This document shows, piece by piece, positions 52,434 to 62,509 of a stretch of DNA of 64,000 nt. Both the position numbers and the translations under genes were made by a program. The notes below the pieces were generated by a model. It was not told where the DNA came from and ran no database searches. It worked only from the letters and a program-made list of their open reading frames with translations. How positions within the stretch are numbered: position 1 is the stretch's first letter; each line of letters starts with the position of its first letter. Source of the DNA: Gemmatimonadales bacterium (GTDB lineage Bacteria; Gemmatimonadota; Gemmatimonadetes; Gemmatimonadales; GWC2-71-9); contig JBFGJG010000008.1 in the NCBI GenBank assembly GCA_041577295.1, positions 32,001 through 96,000 of the forward strand, in the 5' to 3' direction.

Positions 52434-55400
52434 GTGTCTGACCTGCAATCCCGCCTCCAGGAAGCGCTTGGCGACGCGTATCGCATCGAGCGAGAGCTCG
52501 GTGGTGGCGGGATGAGCCGTGTCTTTCTCGCCGAGGATGTCCAACTCGGTCGGCAGGTCGTCGTAAAAGTGCTGCCCCCGGAGATGGGCGCGGGTGTGAA
52601 CGTCGACCGGTTCCGGCGCGAGATCCAGCTGGCTGCCAAGCTGCAGCATCCGCACATCGTACCGCTGTTGAGCGCCGGGTCGCACGACGATCTCCTCTAC
52701 TACATGATGCCGTTTATCCAGGGGGAGTCGCTTCGCGCTAAGCTGGCCCGGGAAGGCGAGCTACCGGTAACCGAGGCGGTGCGGATCCTCAAGGAAGTTC
52801 TCGATGCGCTAGCCTACGCGCATCGTCATCACGTCGTCCATCGCGATATCAAGCCGGACAATGTACTCCTGAGTGAGAATCACGCGGTGGTCACCGACTT
52901 CGGCGTGGCAAAGGCCGTGAGTGCATCGACCGGAGACTCGGCCATTACGTCGCTCGGTGTGGCACTGGGCACCCCTGCATACATGGCACCAGAGCAGGCG
53001 GCAGCGGATCCCAACGTTGATCACCGAGCAGACCTCTACGCCGTGGGGGCCATGGCGTACGAGATGCTGACCGGGAGGCCGCCCTTTACCGGTGCCAACC
53101 CTCAGTCCGTCTTGTCCGCGCAAATCACGGAACCACCGGAACCCGTGACGAGGCATCGCTCCGCCGTCCCCCCAGCGCTTGGCGAAATCGTGATGCGTTG
53201 CCTCGAGAAGAAAGCGGCGGATCGCTGGCAGCGCGCTGATCAGGTGATTCCGCAGCTCGATGCCTTGCTCACCCCCACCGGTGGGACGACACCAGCCGGG
53301 ACACAACCCTACACGTCGTCGGGGACGGAAGCCGCTATTCGTCGCGGGCACCCGTTGCGGGTGATCGCACTCTTTGGCCTCGCATCCGTCGGCGCAATCG
53401 CAATCGTGTACTCCCTCGTGCAGCTGCTAGGCCTGCCGGACTGGGTGGTGTTGGGCGCGGTCGTGTTGCTGGCCATCGGGCTTCCGATCATGGTGTTCAC
53501 CGGGCATCACGAGCGGCAGCGTGCGCAGGCCAAGCTCATGGGCACAGCGGTTACGACGCCCACCGGTGTCCGCCAACATTTTACGTGGCGCAAGGCAATC
53601 CTCGGGGGCGGATTGGCGTTCGCCGGGCTCGGCGTCGTGACGGCCGGGTACATGGCGATGCGGCTCTTAGGCATTGGCCCCGTGGGAACCCTGGTCGCCG
53701 CAGGCGTGCTCGACGAACGCGGCCGCATTCTTCTGGCGGATTTCGAGAACCGAACGGCCGACTCCACGCTGGGACCCTCCGTCACGGATGCCTTCCGCGT
53801 GGACCTCGGTCAGTCCCGGGTGATCAAGCTGGTAGATGCGTCGCAGTTGAGCGAAACGCTGCGGCGCATGGAGCGAGATCCCAATGCGCCTATCGATCTC
53901 GCACTTGCGCGGGAGATTGCGGAGCGAGAAGGCATCACCGCAGTGGTCAGTGGTGAGATCGGTCCGGTGGGTCGGGGATACGTGCTTTCGGCGAGCGTCG
54001 TTGCCGCCTCCGATGGCGCCGTGCTCACGGCGGTGCGGGAAACAGCAGCAGACGAGGGTGCAATCATTCCCGCCATCGACCGGCTCTCCGGGAAACTGCG
54101 CGAGCGGATCGGAGAGTCGCTGCGCGATATCCGTGGTAATCAGCCACTGGAGCGGGTTACCACGCGATCGCTCGAGGCACTCCGTAAGTACTCACAGGCG
54201 CTCAGAGCTGAGGAGCTTGGGGAGTTCGACCGAGCGCTATCGTTGCTCGACGAAGCCGTTTCCCTCGACACGACCTTTGCGATGGCGTACCGGAAGCAGG
54301 CCGTGATCCTGGGCAACACCTTCGCGGGTATCGATCGGACCATGGAGGCCGCGACGAAGGCCTACCGCCACCGCGAACGGCTGCCGGACGTCGAGCGCTA
54401 CCTGGCCGAGGCGTACTACCACTTTCAGGTGGAGTACGACCGCACCCGCCTGATCGCCGCGTATCAATCGGCGCTCGAGCTCGACCCGGACAACACCACA
54501 GCGCTCAACAATCTGGCACTCGAGCTCATTGCAATGCGGCGATACGAAGAAGCGGAAGCGCTCGTACGCCAAGCGATCGCCACGGACCCGAGCGGCTGGA
54601 CCTACTACGCCATCGCGATGGATGCCCAGGTGGGCCAAGGACGTTGGGAAGCCGCGGAAAGCACCTTAGCACAACTGGGGAACGCGCTGGGTGAGGATAG
54701 CCCACACTATGCGCGGTTCAACGGCGACTACCATGCCGGCAGAGGCAACTGGCAACAGGCTCGCGAGATTGGTCGACGTATTCTCGAGACCCATCGAGCG
54801 TCTTTCTGGCAGGCCGGCGCAAGCTTCGCCCTGGCCGGTGTCGCAGGTCAGCAGGGAAGAATCTCTGATGCTGAACAACACTTCCAACGCTTCGTCAACA
54901 TCAACGAAGCCGATGGTCGGGCAACCGCTGTGCTGTTCGCGGAGATGCAACGCGCGTTGCTGCGACTCAAATTACGCGACGATCGAGCAGGCGCGACGCG
55001 ATTGTTGGATGAGGCGCTCGAGCGACATCCACTTGCGGAGATGCCACCGTCGAACCGGCCATATAGCGCCCTCGCCGAGATCTACGCCGACGCGGGACGC
55101 GTTGAGCGCGCAAAAGCGCTCATGGCGGAACACGAGCAAGCGGTACCCGAGTCGCTGCGGCGGGGTGATCTCGGTCGATATGGTGCCGAAGGAGCGATTG
55201 CGCTCGCCGAGCGGCGTTTTGCTGATGCCGTGCGGCTGTTCCGTCAGCACCACGAGGTCGGAGACAATTTCTGTACCTGGTGCGCACTCTACCGCTTGGG
55301 TGAGACGTACGACTTGGCAGGGCAAGCCGACTCTGCGCTCGTGGCCTACGAGCGGGCGGTGAGCGCACCGCATCTCTTCAATCATTACCAAACCTGGCAC

Positions 55401-55574
55401 TCGAACACACAAACGCTCAAACGGCTCGGCGAGCTATACGAGCAGCGTGGCAACCGCGACAAGGCCGTGGAGTATTACAACCAGTTCGTTGATCGCTGGA
55501 ACGAGGCGGACGCCGAGCTTCAACCGGTGGTACGCGAAGTACGACAGCGGATCGCGAACCTCGTGGAAGGATAG
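52434..55574 (+). CDS. Ser/Thr kinase-3TM-TPR
   Basis: GGGGMS, HRDIKPDN, DFG, YMAPEQ; three TMs; LLADFENRT; TPRs. Confidence 0.92.
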   Translation: MSDLQSRLQEALGDAYRIERELGGGGMSRVFLAEDVQLGRQVVVKVLPPEMGAGVNVDRFRREIQLAAKLQHPHIVPLLSAGSHDDLLYYMMPFIQGESLRAKLAREGELPVTEAVRILKEVLDALAYAHRHHVVHRDIKPDNVLLSENHAVVTDFGVAKAVSASTGDSAITSLGVALGTPAYMAPEQAAADPNVDHRADLYAVGAMAYEMLTGRPPFTGANPQSVLSAQITEPPEPVTRHRSAVPPALGEIVMRCLEKKAADRWQRADQVIPQLDALLTPTGGTTPAGTQPYTSSGTEAAIRRGHPLRVIALFGLASVGAIAIVYSLVQLLGLPDWVVLGAVVLLAIGLPIMVFTGHHERQRAQAKLMGTAVTTPTGVRQHFTWRKAILGGGLAFAGLGVVTAGYMAMRLLGIGPVGTLVAAGVLDERGRILLADFENRTADSTLGPSVTDAFRVDLGQSRVIKLVDASQLSETLRRMERDPNAPIDLALAREIAEREGITAVVSGEIGPVGRGYVLSASVVAASDGAVLTAVRETAADEGAIIPAIDRLSGKLRERIGESLRDIRGNQPLERVTTRSLEALRKYSQALRAEELGEFDRALSLLDEAVSLDTTFAMAYRKQAVILGNTFAGIDRTMEAATKAYRHRERLPDVERYLAEAYYHFQVEYDRTRLIAAYQSALELDPDNTTALNNLALELIAMRRYEEAEALVRQAIATDPSGWTYYAIAMDAQVGQGRWEAAESTLAQLGNALGEDSPHYARFNGDYHAGRGNWQQAREIGRRILETHRASFWQAGASFALAGVAGQQGRISDAEQHFQRFVNINEADGRATAVLFAEMQRALLRLKLRDDRAGATRLLDEALERHPLAEMPPSNRPYSALAEIYADAGRVERAKALMAEHEQAVPESLRRGDLGRYGAEGAIALAERRFADAVRLFRQHHEVGDNFCTWCALYRLGETYDLAGQADSALVAYERAVSAPHLFNHYQTWHSNTQTLKRLGELYEQRGNRDKAVEYYNQFVDRWNEADAELQPVVREVRQRIANLVEG

Positions 55575-55608
55575 AACAACAGCCAAGAGCGGGAGTAGTA
55601 AAACGATC

Positions 55609-55670
55609 GCTGATTACAGATCGCAGATTGGGTTCCTCCAGTGATCTTCAGTCTGCGATCTGTAATCAGC
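55609..55670. terminator. 22-bp hairpin between convergent kinase genes
   Basis: Arms 55609-55630/55649-55670 with one mismatch; no U tail. Confidence 0.55.
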
Positions 55671-58101
55671 TCGTCCACAGCGCACCGAGAAACTTCTTCC
55701 AGCGACCCTGATTCTTGCGGTACGTTCCCTTCAGTTCGGCGAGCATTCTGTCGAACTCGGCGTTTCCGTGCGCGTCCTTCCACACCGGGTTCCGTGAGAG
55801 CCAGGGATAGTTCTCGTTCCCCAAGTAGATCGCCCTGCGCAGCCAGTGCAACGCCTCAGAGATGTTTCCATCCACTACGCAATATGTGCCAAGCCGGTAC
55901 GCCATCTCGCAGTCCGCCGCGGCGGCGGCCAGCAGTTCGTCGGTGATCAACGCGGCTGCCTTCTCCGGCTGCTGGGTGACGACATAACACATCGCCAACG
56001 TGGGATAGGTGAGGCGGCGACCGGGATCGTCCGCGATCACGCGGCTCAAGACGTCAATGGCCTTGTCGTATTGTCCCTCCCGAAAGAGCAGATATCCCTG
56101 GGTGGTCCGCAGCAGTAAATGATTTGCTTCCAGTGTGAGCCCTTTCTCCACTTCGTGCCATGCCAGGTCGAGTTGTCCCATATAGTGGTAAATGCGGGCT
56201 CGGCGATTGTAGACCCGGGTGGCGCCTGCGGGATTGGCCTGCAACGCCATCCCAAAGAGCCGCAGTGATTCCTCCAGCAGCCCATCCAACTGGACGATCA
56301 CACCTGCCCCAAACAGCACCTCTCCATCGTTCCCGGCATGCTTGAGGAGATACTGAATATCGAGGCGCGCGTTTTCCTTCTCGCCGCGCCAAAGGAACGT
56401 ATATGCTCGGTTGAGCCGTGCTTCTGCATGGTCAGGGTCGATGGCAAGAGCGTTTTCCAAGTGCCGCTGAGCTGACATGAAGTGTGTCAGACCACCAAAG
56501 CCGTTTATGACCGAGTGGAGGTGCGCGATGCCGAGCCCCACGTGTGCCGCGGCGAAGTCAGGTGCGCCATCGATGACCGATTCAAAAGCCCGCATTGCCT
56601 GTTCGAGATCCTCACGTTGGCTGGAGCTCCACAGAAAACGCGTGAGCACCGCACGGCCTTTCAGGTATTCCTCCGATAAATGCTCCGGGACAGCGGCAGC
56701 CGCTGCCTGCGGCCGCTTTTGCTGGACGATCCCGATGTTGTGCAGAGCGGCAACGACCTCATCCAATATTTCGCCCTGAATCCGCACCAGATCGAGCGAC
56801 GGCACGGAAACCGTGCCACCCGAAAGCACCGCCTTGTCCGCCACGTTCGACAGTTGCCAGTTGATGGTGAACCCCGCATCCGAGCGCACGAAGCTTCCGC
56901 TGAGACCATACCGAGCTTTGAGTTGGCGAGCTGCATCGATCGCGTCGGTCGTCGTGCCGGCGAGTGAAAGAAAAGCGCTGGGCGGCCGGACGATGACAGA
57001 CGACATTCCCGCGAGACGGGTCGCGACCATATCTGCCAATGCCAAACCGTAGTACCGGGGTTGGTCGTCGGTGCCGAGGTTTTGAAACGGCAGTACCGCA
57101 ATCGCGTTCTCCGGAATCCCTTCAATACCCTTCGGTAGAAACCGCTCCACCAACAGCGAGAAGGGCCCCGCACGCCTCTTGGTATCCGGCGCCGGAGAGG
57201 GCAGAACGGCAGAGCTCTCCCCCGGAATGACCCCCAATTCGAAGTCCATGGTTTTCATGAGCGTTTTGAGGGCCTCACCCAACTCTGAGGCCGACGTGAA
57301 ACGATTCGCTGGCTGCTTATCGATGGCTTTTAAAATGACGCTCTCGAGCTCCTCCGGAATGTCCGGACGGATCCTTCGTGGCGCCACCGGCTGGCTGAAC
57401 TGGATGGCGTGGACCAGCCGCTCGAGGTTCGCGTTTGGAACCCAAAAAGGATGCTGGCCAGTGAGCATCTCGTACAGCATGACGCCCAACGCGTAAATGT
57501 CGGATTGTTCGCTGCTTCGCCGAGTGACGAACTGCTCCGGCGCCATGTAGGCGGTCGTACCAAACCGAGAAGATTGCGCGTCACTGGTACTGCGCTCGCC
57601 TGCGTTTGCGACATCCGATCCCGCCGTTACCGTCCGCCGCTTTGCCAATCCGAAGTCAAGGATCTTCACCAGCCCGCCGTCCGTGATCATGATGTTCGCC
57701 GGTTTGAGATCGCGGTGCAGGATCTTCAAACGGTGAGCGTCGGCCAGTCCACTAGCGATTTGGATTCCTATCGACAACGAGAAGTGGACGTTGAGCGCGC
57801 CTGCCGCAAGCAACTTCTGCAGTGTTTGTCCCGGTACGTACTGCATCACGATGTAGGGCCGGTTGTCGTGCTCACCCGCCTCGTAGATGGCACAGACGTT
57901 GGGATGCTGGATGGCGGACGCGAGTCGCGCCTCTTGGAGAATCTTGTTCCGGATATCTGGATCGGATGCGCGGTCCTTGCGCACGATCTTCAAGACCACC
58001 GACCGCATGAGCTTCGTGTCGGTGGCTTGATAGACCGTCCCTTGTGATCCGGCACCGAGGCGGTGCTCTATGCGATATTGATTTATTTGGCTAAGACGCA
58101 T
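55666..58101 (-). CDS. Ser/Thr kinase-TolB_N-like-TPR without an obvious TM
   Basis: ATG 58101; GAGSQG, HRDLKPAN, DFG, YMAPEQ; IAVLPFQN; TPRs. Confidence 0.9.
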   Translation of the reverse strand: MRLSQINQYRIEHRLGAGSQGTVYQATDTKLMRSVVLKIVRKDRASDPDIRNKILQEARLASAIQHPNVCAIYEAGEHDNRPYIVMQYVPGQTLQKLLAAGALNVHFSLSIGIQIASGLADAHRLKILHRDLKPANIMITDGGLVKILDFGLAKRRTVTAGSDVANAGERSTSDAQSSRFGTTAYMAPEQFVTRRSSEQSDIYALGVMLYEMLTGQHPFWVPNANLERLVHAIQFSQPVAPRRIRPDIPEELESVILKAIDKQPANRFTSASELGEALKTLMKTMDFELGVIPGESSAVLPSPAPDTKRRAGPFSLLVERFLPKGIEGIPENAIAVLPFQNLGTDDQPRYYGLALADMVATRLAGMSSVIVRPPSAFLSLAGTTTDAIDAARQLKARYGLSGSFVRSDAGFTINWQLSNVADKAVLSGGTVSVPSLDLVRIQGEILDEVVAALHNIGIVQQKRPQAAAAAVPEHLSEEYLKGRAVLTRFLWSSSQREDLEQAMRAFESVIDGAPDFAAAHVGLGIAHLHSVINGFGGLTHFMSAQRHLENALAIDPDHAEARLNRAYTFLWRGEKENARLDIQYLLKHAGNDGEVLFGAGVIVQLDGLLEESLRLFGMALQANPAGATRVYNRRARIYHYMGQLDLAWHEVEKGLTLEANHLLLRTTQGYLLFREGQYDKAIDVLSRVIADDPGRRLTYPTLAMCYVVTQQPEKAAALITDELLAAAAADCEMAYRLGTYCVVDGNISEALHWLRRAIYLGNENYPWLSRNPVWKDAHGNAEFDRMLAELKGTYRKNQGRWKKFLGALWTS

Positions 58102-58105
58102 CGGA

Positions 58106-58870
58106 TCATATTTCTTCCAACACGTCCACCCGCACCCATCCCACCTTCCCATCCTCGAGCACGATTTCCACCCATTCGTCGGACTGACGGTCGATGCGAA
58201 CCTTGGTGCCTTCGTGAATGGCAAAGACCTGCAGGGCTCGGTCTTCGGACGGGGCACTTTGGACGGACACCTCGTCTGCCATGATGATGGCTTCCCGCGG
58301 TTGAGCAATGCGGAGCTCGAGCACGGCAAGGTTGATCGCCAACATCGTGGTCACGACAGCAGTTGCGATGGTCACGGGCCGAAGGGCATCGGCGATCGCA
58401 GTCCCACGCTTCAGGATCGATACCGTGAGAGCGGCCATGACGATTAGGTAACCGACCCCAACCAAGACCACGAGCCACGAATGCGGGATGAGGTGCACCC
58501 ACCAGCGGATAACGTCGAATAACCAGAAATCGCCTAACGGGGTCACCTCATCCGCAGTGAGCGAGCGGGCCAGTTGTAGGTTGGCGCGTATATCGGCGTC
58601 GCGGGGTAGGAGTCGCTGTGCCCGCTCATAGTAAAGGATTGCGCTTCCCAACTCGCCGAGCTTGAAGTAGCTGTTCCCGATGTTGTAGTACAGCGCGCCA
58701 CTTTCCAGACCGGCATCCACGATTCGAAGGTAGCTCTCCAACGCTCGTTCGTATTCGCCCTCCTGATAGAGGCGATTCCCTTCTTCGAAGAACGCCTCCT
58801 GCCCCGGCGCAGGAACCGCAGCACCAAGGCATGCCAGGACCAGCAGCGACCAGATCAGAACGTTTCTCAT
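58106..58870 (-). CDS. batE: BatE (TPR + TM + SH3b)
   Basis: YYNIGNSYFK, DIRANL, IHEGTKV, GKVGWV; operon position. Confidence 0.85.
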   Translation of the reverse strand: MRNVLIWSLLVLACLGAAVPAPGQEAFFEEGNRLYQEGEYERALESYLRIVDAGLESGALYYNIGNSYFKLGELGSAILYYERAQRLLPRDADIRANLQLARSLTADEVTPLGDFWLFDVIRWWVHLIPHSWLVVLVGVGYLIVMAALTVSILKRGTAIADALRPVTIATAVVTTMLAINLAVLELRIAQPREAIIMADEVSVQSAPSEDRALQVFAIHEGTKVRIDRQSDEWVEIVLEDGKVGWVRVDVLEEI

Positions 58871-60675
58871 CGTGTAAGCTCGCGGTTGAGCTCGGTCATC
58901 GCGCGCTCGCTCCGCTCGAGAAACGCTTGCATGTCGTCCACATTCGGCTCCGACGGTGCAAAGCGTTGCCGATCACACACCTCGAGACAGGCGAAGTACT
59001 CATCCACCACGGCTTCGGGGATGCCGCGCCCATGCAGCAGCCGTTTTACGTCATCGCGGATCATCCCCGCTTCCGCGACGTTGAGCTTGTCCCCGAGGAA
59101 TCCCTCGAGCGAACGGCCCATCTCGGCGTAGAACTGCCGCTGGGTGTCCTCCGCCAGGAGCGCCCGTGCACGTGCCAGTCGCTTGCGAGCCAGCCGCCCC
59201 GCGCGCCGGTGGCGAGCATAGGCAACATCGCCGGCCAGTCGGTCGCGCTGACGGCGTACACCCCACGCACCAAGGACACCCAACAACGGTGTCACTAGTA
59301 CCAACCAAAACCCGGGCGCCTCGAACACCGTCTTGCCCGCAGGACGAAACTCCGGCGTCACCACCCGGATGAACCGGATGTCCTGCCGGAGTGGATCGAC
59401 CCTACCCCGCGTCCGGCTCGCGACGATGGGCCCTTCGAGTGCGGGCCCCGTCACGTCGAGCTCGATCGGATTGGTCGCAGCGGTCGCGTACGCCTGACGG
59501 GTCGGATCGAAGTACGTCATGCGCACTGATGGGATCGTTTTGATACCGGGAACCCGTGGAATCACGACGTACTCGATGGACTTGGTCCCACGCACGCCGC
59601 CCGCATGCCGCTCGATCTGTTGACTCACGTTTGGCGGATACACCTCGAAATCATCTGGGAAACGCACGGTCGGTTCCGGGAGTGTTCGGATATTCCCGTC
59701 TCCAGCGATACGCAGGCGATACGTTAGCGCTTTATTGGTCTCGGCGTTCGACTCGCTGAGCGAAGATGACAGCGAGAGGGTTCCGACGAACCCGGTGAAA
59801 TCCCGCGGCTTGCCGCTTTCGGGAAGGGGGAGCACCTCAACTGTCACGGGCTGCGACGCCACGACGACGGGGACGTTGGTTCCGAACAACGAGCCACGGC
59901 CAAACCGGTCGAAGAAATCGTCCATCGGGTCGCGCGATCGGCGACGGACGCGCACCTGAGCCTCGATGGACAACGGCTCGATGGTCTTCGTCCCAGGTCC
60001 CGTTGGGAACAGTGCCACCTTCCGCAAAACAGCGCTTGCGTATTGCACACCGTCACGCACCACCTGCTCAACCTGCGGTGACTGCTCTTGCGGAAACTCC
60101 TCCGCCCAAAACCCCGTCGTGCTTGGCAGACGCGACACGTTGTAGCCATCGACGTTCACCCGAGTGTAGATCCGGTACTCGACCACGACCGGTTGGTTTT
60201 CGTACACACGTCTCCTGCTTACCTCTGCCACAATGAAGAGATCGTTAGGATCGACGGTCGCGTCATCCCCTCGCTGATTAGGACCACCGCGCGGCGGCGC
60301 CGCACTAACCGTCAGCGTGAGTGACTCAGTTCGGAGTCGCTTCCCACCGGCACGCACCTCGGCTGGGCCAATCGTGAACGTGCCCTCCTTAGTAGCCTGA
60401 AACCGGTGCTGTTGGGTGACAGATACCGTGGTGCGGCCGTTCACGATCTGCATCGAGGTCGTCGTACCGCTGCCCAGGTAAATCGAAAAATCACTCAGGT
60501 CAGGGAGCTCTGGTTGCGCATCGACCTGCTGGGTGCCGCTCACCTCGATGTTCAGGACGAACTGCTGGTTGAGGCCGACGGTGCGACTGCTGAGATAGGC
60601 GCGTACCGTGATATCCTGTGCTGAAAGCGAGGCCGCAACGGTGATCATCAGCAGGATGAGCCAACCCCTTACCAT
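58867..60675 (-). CDS. batD: BatD family protein
   Basis: SMQIVNG, VYENQPV, TGFWAEE, GDGNI, YFDP; operon position. Confidence 0.88.
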   Translation of the reverse strand: MVRGWLILLMITVAASLSAQDITVRAYLSSRTVGLNQQFVLNIEVSGTQQVDAQPELPDLSDFSIYLGSGTTTSMQIVNGRTTVSVTQQHRFQATKEGTFTIGPAEVRAGGKRLRTESLTLTVSAAPPRGGPNQRGDDATVDPNDLFIVAEVSRRRVYENQPVVVEYRIYTRVNVDGYNVSRLPSTTGFWAEEFPQEQSPQVEQVVRDGVQYASAVLRKVALFPTGPGTKTIEPLSIEAQVRVRRRSRDPMDDFFDRFGRGSLFGTNVPVVVASQPVTVEVLPLPESGKPRDFTGFVGTLSLSSSLSESNAETNKALTYRLRIAGDGNIRTLPEPTVRFPDDFEVYPPNVSQQIERHAGGVRGTKSIEYVVIPRVPGIKTIPSVRMTYFDPTRQAYATAATNPIELDVTGPALEGPIVASRTRGRVDPLRQDIRFIRVVTPEFRPAGKTVFEAPGFWLVLVTPLLGVLGAWGVRRQRDRLAGDVAYARHRRAGRLARKRLARARALLAEDTQRQFYAEMGRSLEGFLGDKLNVAEAGMIRDDVKRLLHGRGIPEAVVDEYFACLEVCDRQRFAPSEPNVDDMQAFLERSERAMTELNRELTR

Positions 60676-61460
60676 GGCTTCCTCACCCGACGTTGCACCG
60701 TTGGTACCCGCTGGCGCTGAATCTCACCCGGATCCTCGGAGATCGCCTGTAACAACCGCTCCAACTCCTCGCGGGTCATCTGGCCCGGTACCGACTGTGG
60801 CTGTTGTGGCTGTTGCTGCTCTGATTGATTCTCCGGTTGATTCTGCCCCTGCCTTTGCTGCTGCTGTGGATTCTGGTCTTGCCGATCTTGCTGTTGGTCT
60901 TGCTCCTGTTGGTCTCGCTGTTGGTCCTGTTGTTGGTCCTGTTGCTGCTGTTCATTCTGCTGTTGCTGGCTTTGATCCCGCTGTTGCTGGTTTTGATCGT
61001 TTTGCTGGTTTTGATTCTGTTGCTGCTCGAGCTGTTTTCGTACCAGTTCGAGGTTGTGTTTCGCGTCCATGTCAGTCGGATCGTACCGCAAGGCTTGCTT
61101 GTACGCTTCGAGACTCTCCTGAAGCTGTTGTTGCCGGTACAGAGCATTCCCCAAGTTGTACCACGCTTTGGACTCGAGCGATGGGTCACCCGATTGGGCA
61201 GCCTCGCGGAAAGCATCCAATGCCCGCTGGTACTCGTCAGTCTTGTACAAGGCGTTACCGTCGTTGAACCGAATGACGGGCGAATCTGGAGCGTCCCGCA
61301 ACGCTTCCAAGTACTTCTCATGCGCTGCGTCATAGCGTCCCTCGGCGTACAGCCTATTCCCCTCTTTGACCTCGGCTCTCCCCTTCTGCGCGTGGAGGGC
61401 AGAGGGACCGAGCATTAGGAGCGCGAGCGCAGGCACGACTCGGAGGATCGCTGCCTTCAT
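60669..61460 (-). CDS. batC: BatC (TPR + Gln-rich tail)
   Basis: AWYNLGNALY, DAKHNLEL, Q-rich linker, C-terminal KPW. Confidence 0.85.
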   Translation of the reverse strand: MKAAILRVVPALALLMLGPSALHAQKGRAEVKEGNRLYAEGRYDAAHEKYLEALRDAPDSPVIRFNDGNALYKTDEYQRALDAFREAAQSGDPSLESKAWYNLGNALYRQQQLQESLEAYKQALRYDPTDMDAKHNLELVRKQLEQQQNQNQQNDQNQQQRDQSQQQQNEQQQQDQQQDQQRDQQEQDQQQDRQDQNPQQQQRQGQNQPENQSEQQQPQQPQSVPGQMTREELERLLQAISEDPGEIQRQRVPTVQRRVRKPW

Positions 61461-62488
61461 TGAAACCTCCCGTGCCACGCGGCCCTTGCCCTACGCCGAT
61501 CCGGTACGAAGAACTCGCCAACGAGTAGCAGAAGCGCCAGGCCGAGAAAGATCTGGTACTGCTCCTCGAACTGTGTGACTTGCTGAGCCTCGATCGTTCG
61601 GCCTTCCAGACCTGCGATCTCGTCCGCTAACACGTTCAACTCTCCACCACCGACGGTTGCACGGAGGTAGCGGCCACCCGTCTGCTGGGCGATCCGCTGC
61701 AACGTTGCCTCGTCCAGGCTGGTCGTGACGACGTTCCCGTCGGCATCGCGCTCGAACCCGCGCCGGCGCCCCGCTTCATCGAAGGCGGGAATGGGCACCC
61801 CATCCGAGGATCCAACACCAACTGTGTAGATTCGCACGCGCCGGTCCGTTGCGCCTTCGAGTGCCGCGTCAATCCCTCCCTCGTGATCCTCACCATCGGT
61901 TATCACGATCAACACCCGGTCCTGCTGGGCCTGGGGATCGAACATGTCGAGCGATACCGTGAGCGCGCGTCCCAGGTTCGTTCCCTGCACCGGCACGATT
62001 TCCGGACCCATCGCGTTCAAGAAGAGCTTGGCTGCGGCATAGTCCACCGTCAGGGGGGTTTGCACAAACGCTTCTCCGGCAAACGCCACGAGGCCAATCC
62101 GATCACCATCCAGTCGATCGATCAGTCGGGAGACAGCGAGCTTCGCCTTCTCCAGTCGGCTCGGCTGGATATCCTCGGCGAGCATCGATACCGACAGGTC
62201 GAGCGCCACGACGAGATCCATCCCCTCGCGCTGCACCGTCTCCACGCGGGTGCCATACTGCGGACGGGCAAGCGCCGTCACGAGCAGCGCGACAGTCACT
62301 AGGAGTAAGATCACCTTGGCCAGCTGCCCGCGCCGGCTCACCGATTGCGCCAACCGGCGCACCAAATGGGCTTCGCCAAAGCGCCGCAATGCTGCTCGCC
62401 TTTGCTTGAACGCAAGCCACAGAAACACGCTGAGCACTGGCACGATCGCAAATGCATATAGCGCTTCGTCGAACCCAAACTGAAACAT
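61457..62488 (-). CDS. batB: BatB VWA protein
   Basis: ALARPQYG, DLSVSM, PSRLEKAK, PLTVDY, ITDGEDH. Confidence 0.88.
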   Translation of the reverse strand: MFQFGFDEALYAFAIVPVLSVFLWLAFKQRRAALRRFGEAHLVRRLAQSVSRRGQLAKVILLLVTVALLVTALARPQYGTRVETVQREGMDLVVALDLSVSMLAEDIQPSRLEKAKLAVSRLIDRLDGDRIGLVAFAGEAFVQTPLTVDYAAAKLFLNAMGPEIVPVQGTNLGRALTVSLDMFDPQAQQDRVLIVITDGEDHEGGIDAALEGATDRRVRIYTVGVGSSDGVPIPAFDEAGRRRGFERDADGNVVTTSLDEATLQRIAQQTGGRYLRATVGGGELNVLADEIAGLEGRTIEAQQVTQFEEQYQIFLGLALLLLVGEFFVPDRRRARAAWHGRFQ

Positions 62489-62509
62489 GTTACGTGGCTG
62501 CCTCGCTCT

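Noticed and set aside
60780..61030. Gln-rich repeat and its antisense poly-Leu ORF (60825..61418)
   Set aside because: Normal BatC low-complexity linker; the Leu-rich ORF is its shadow.
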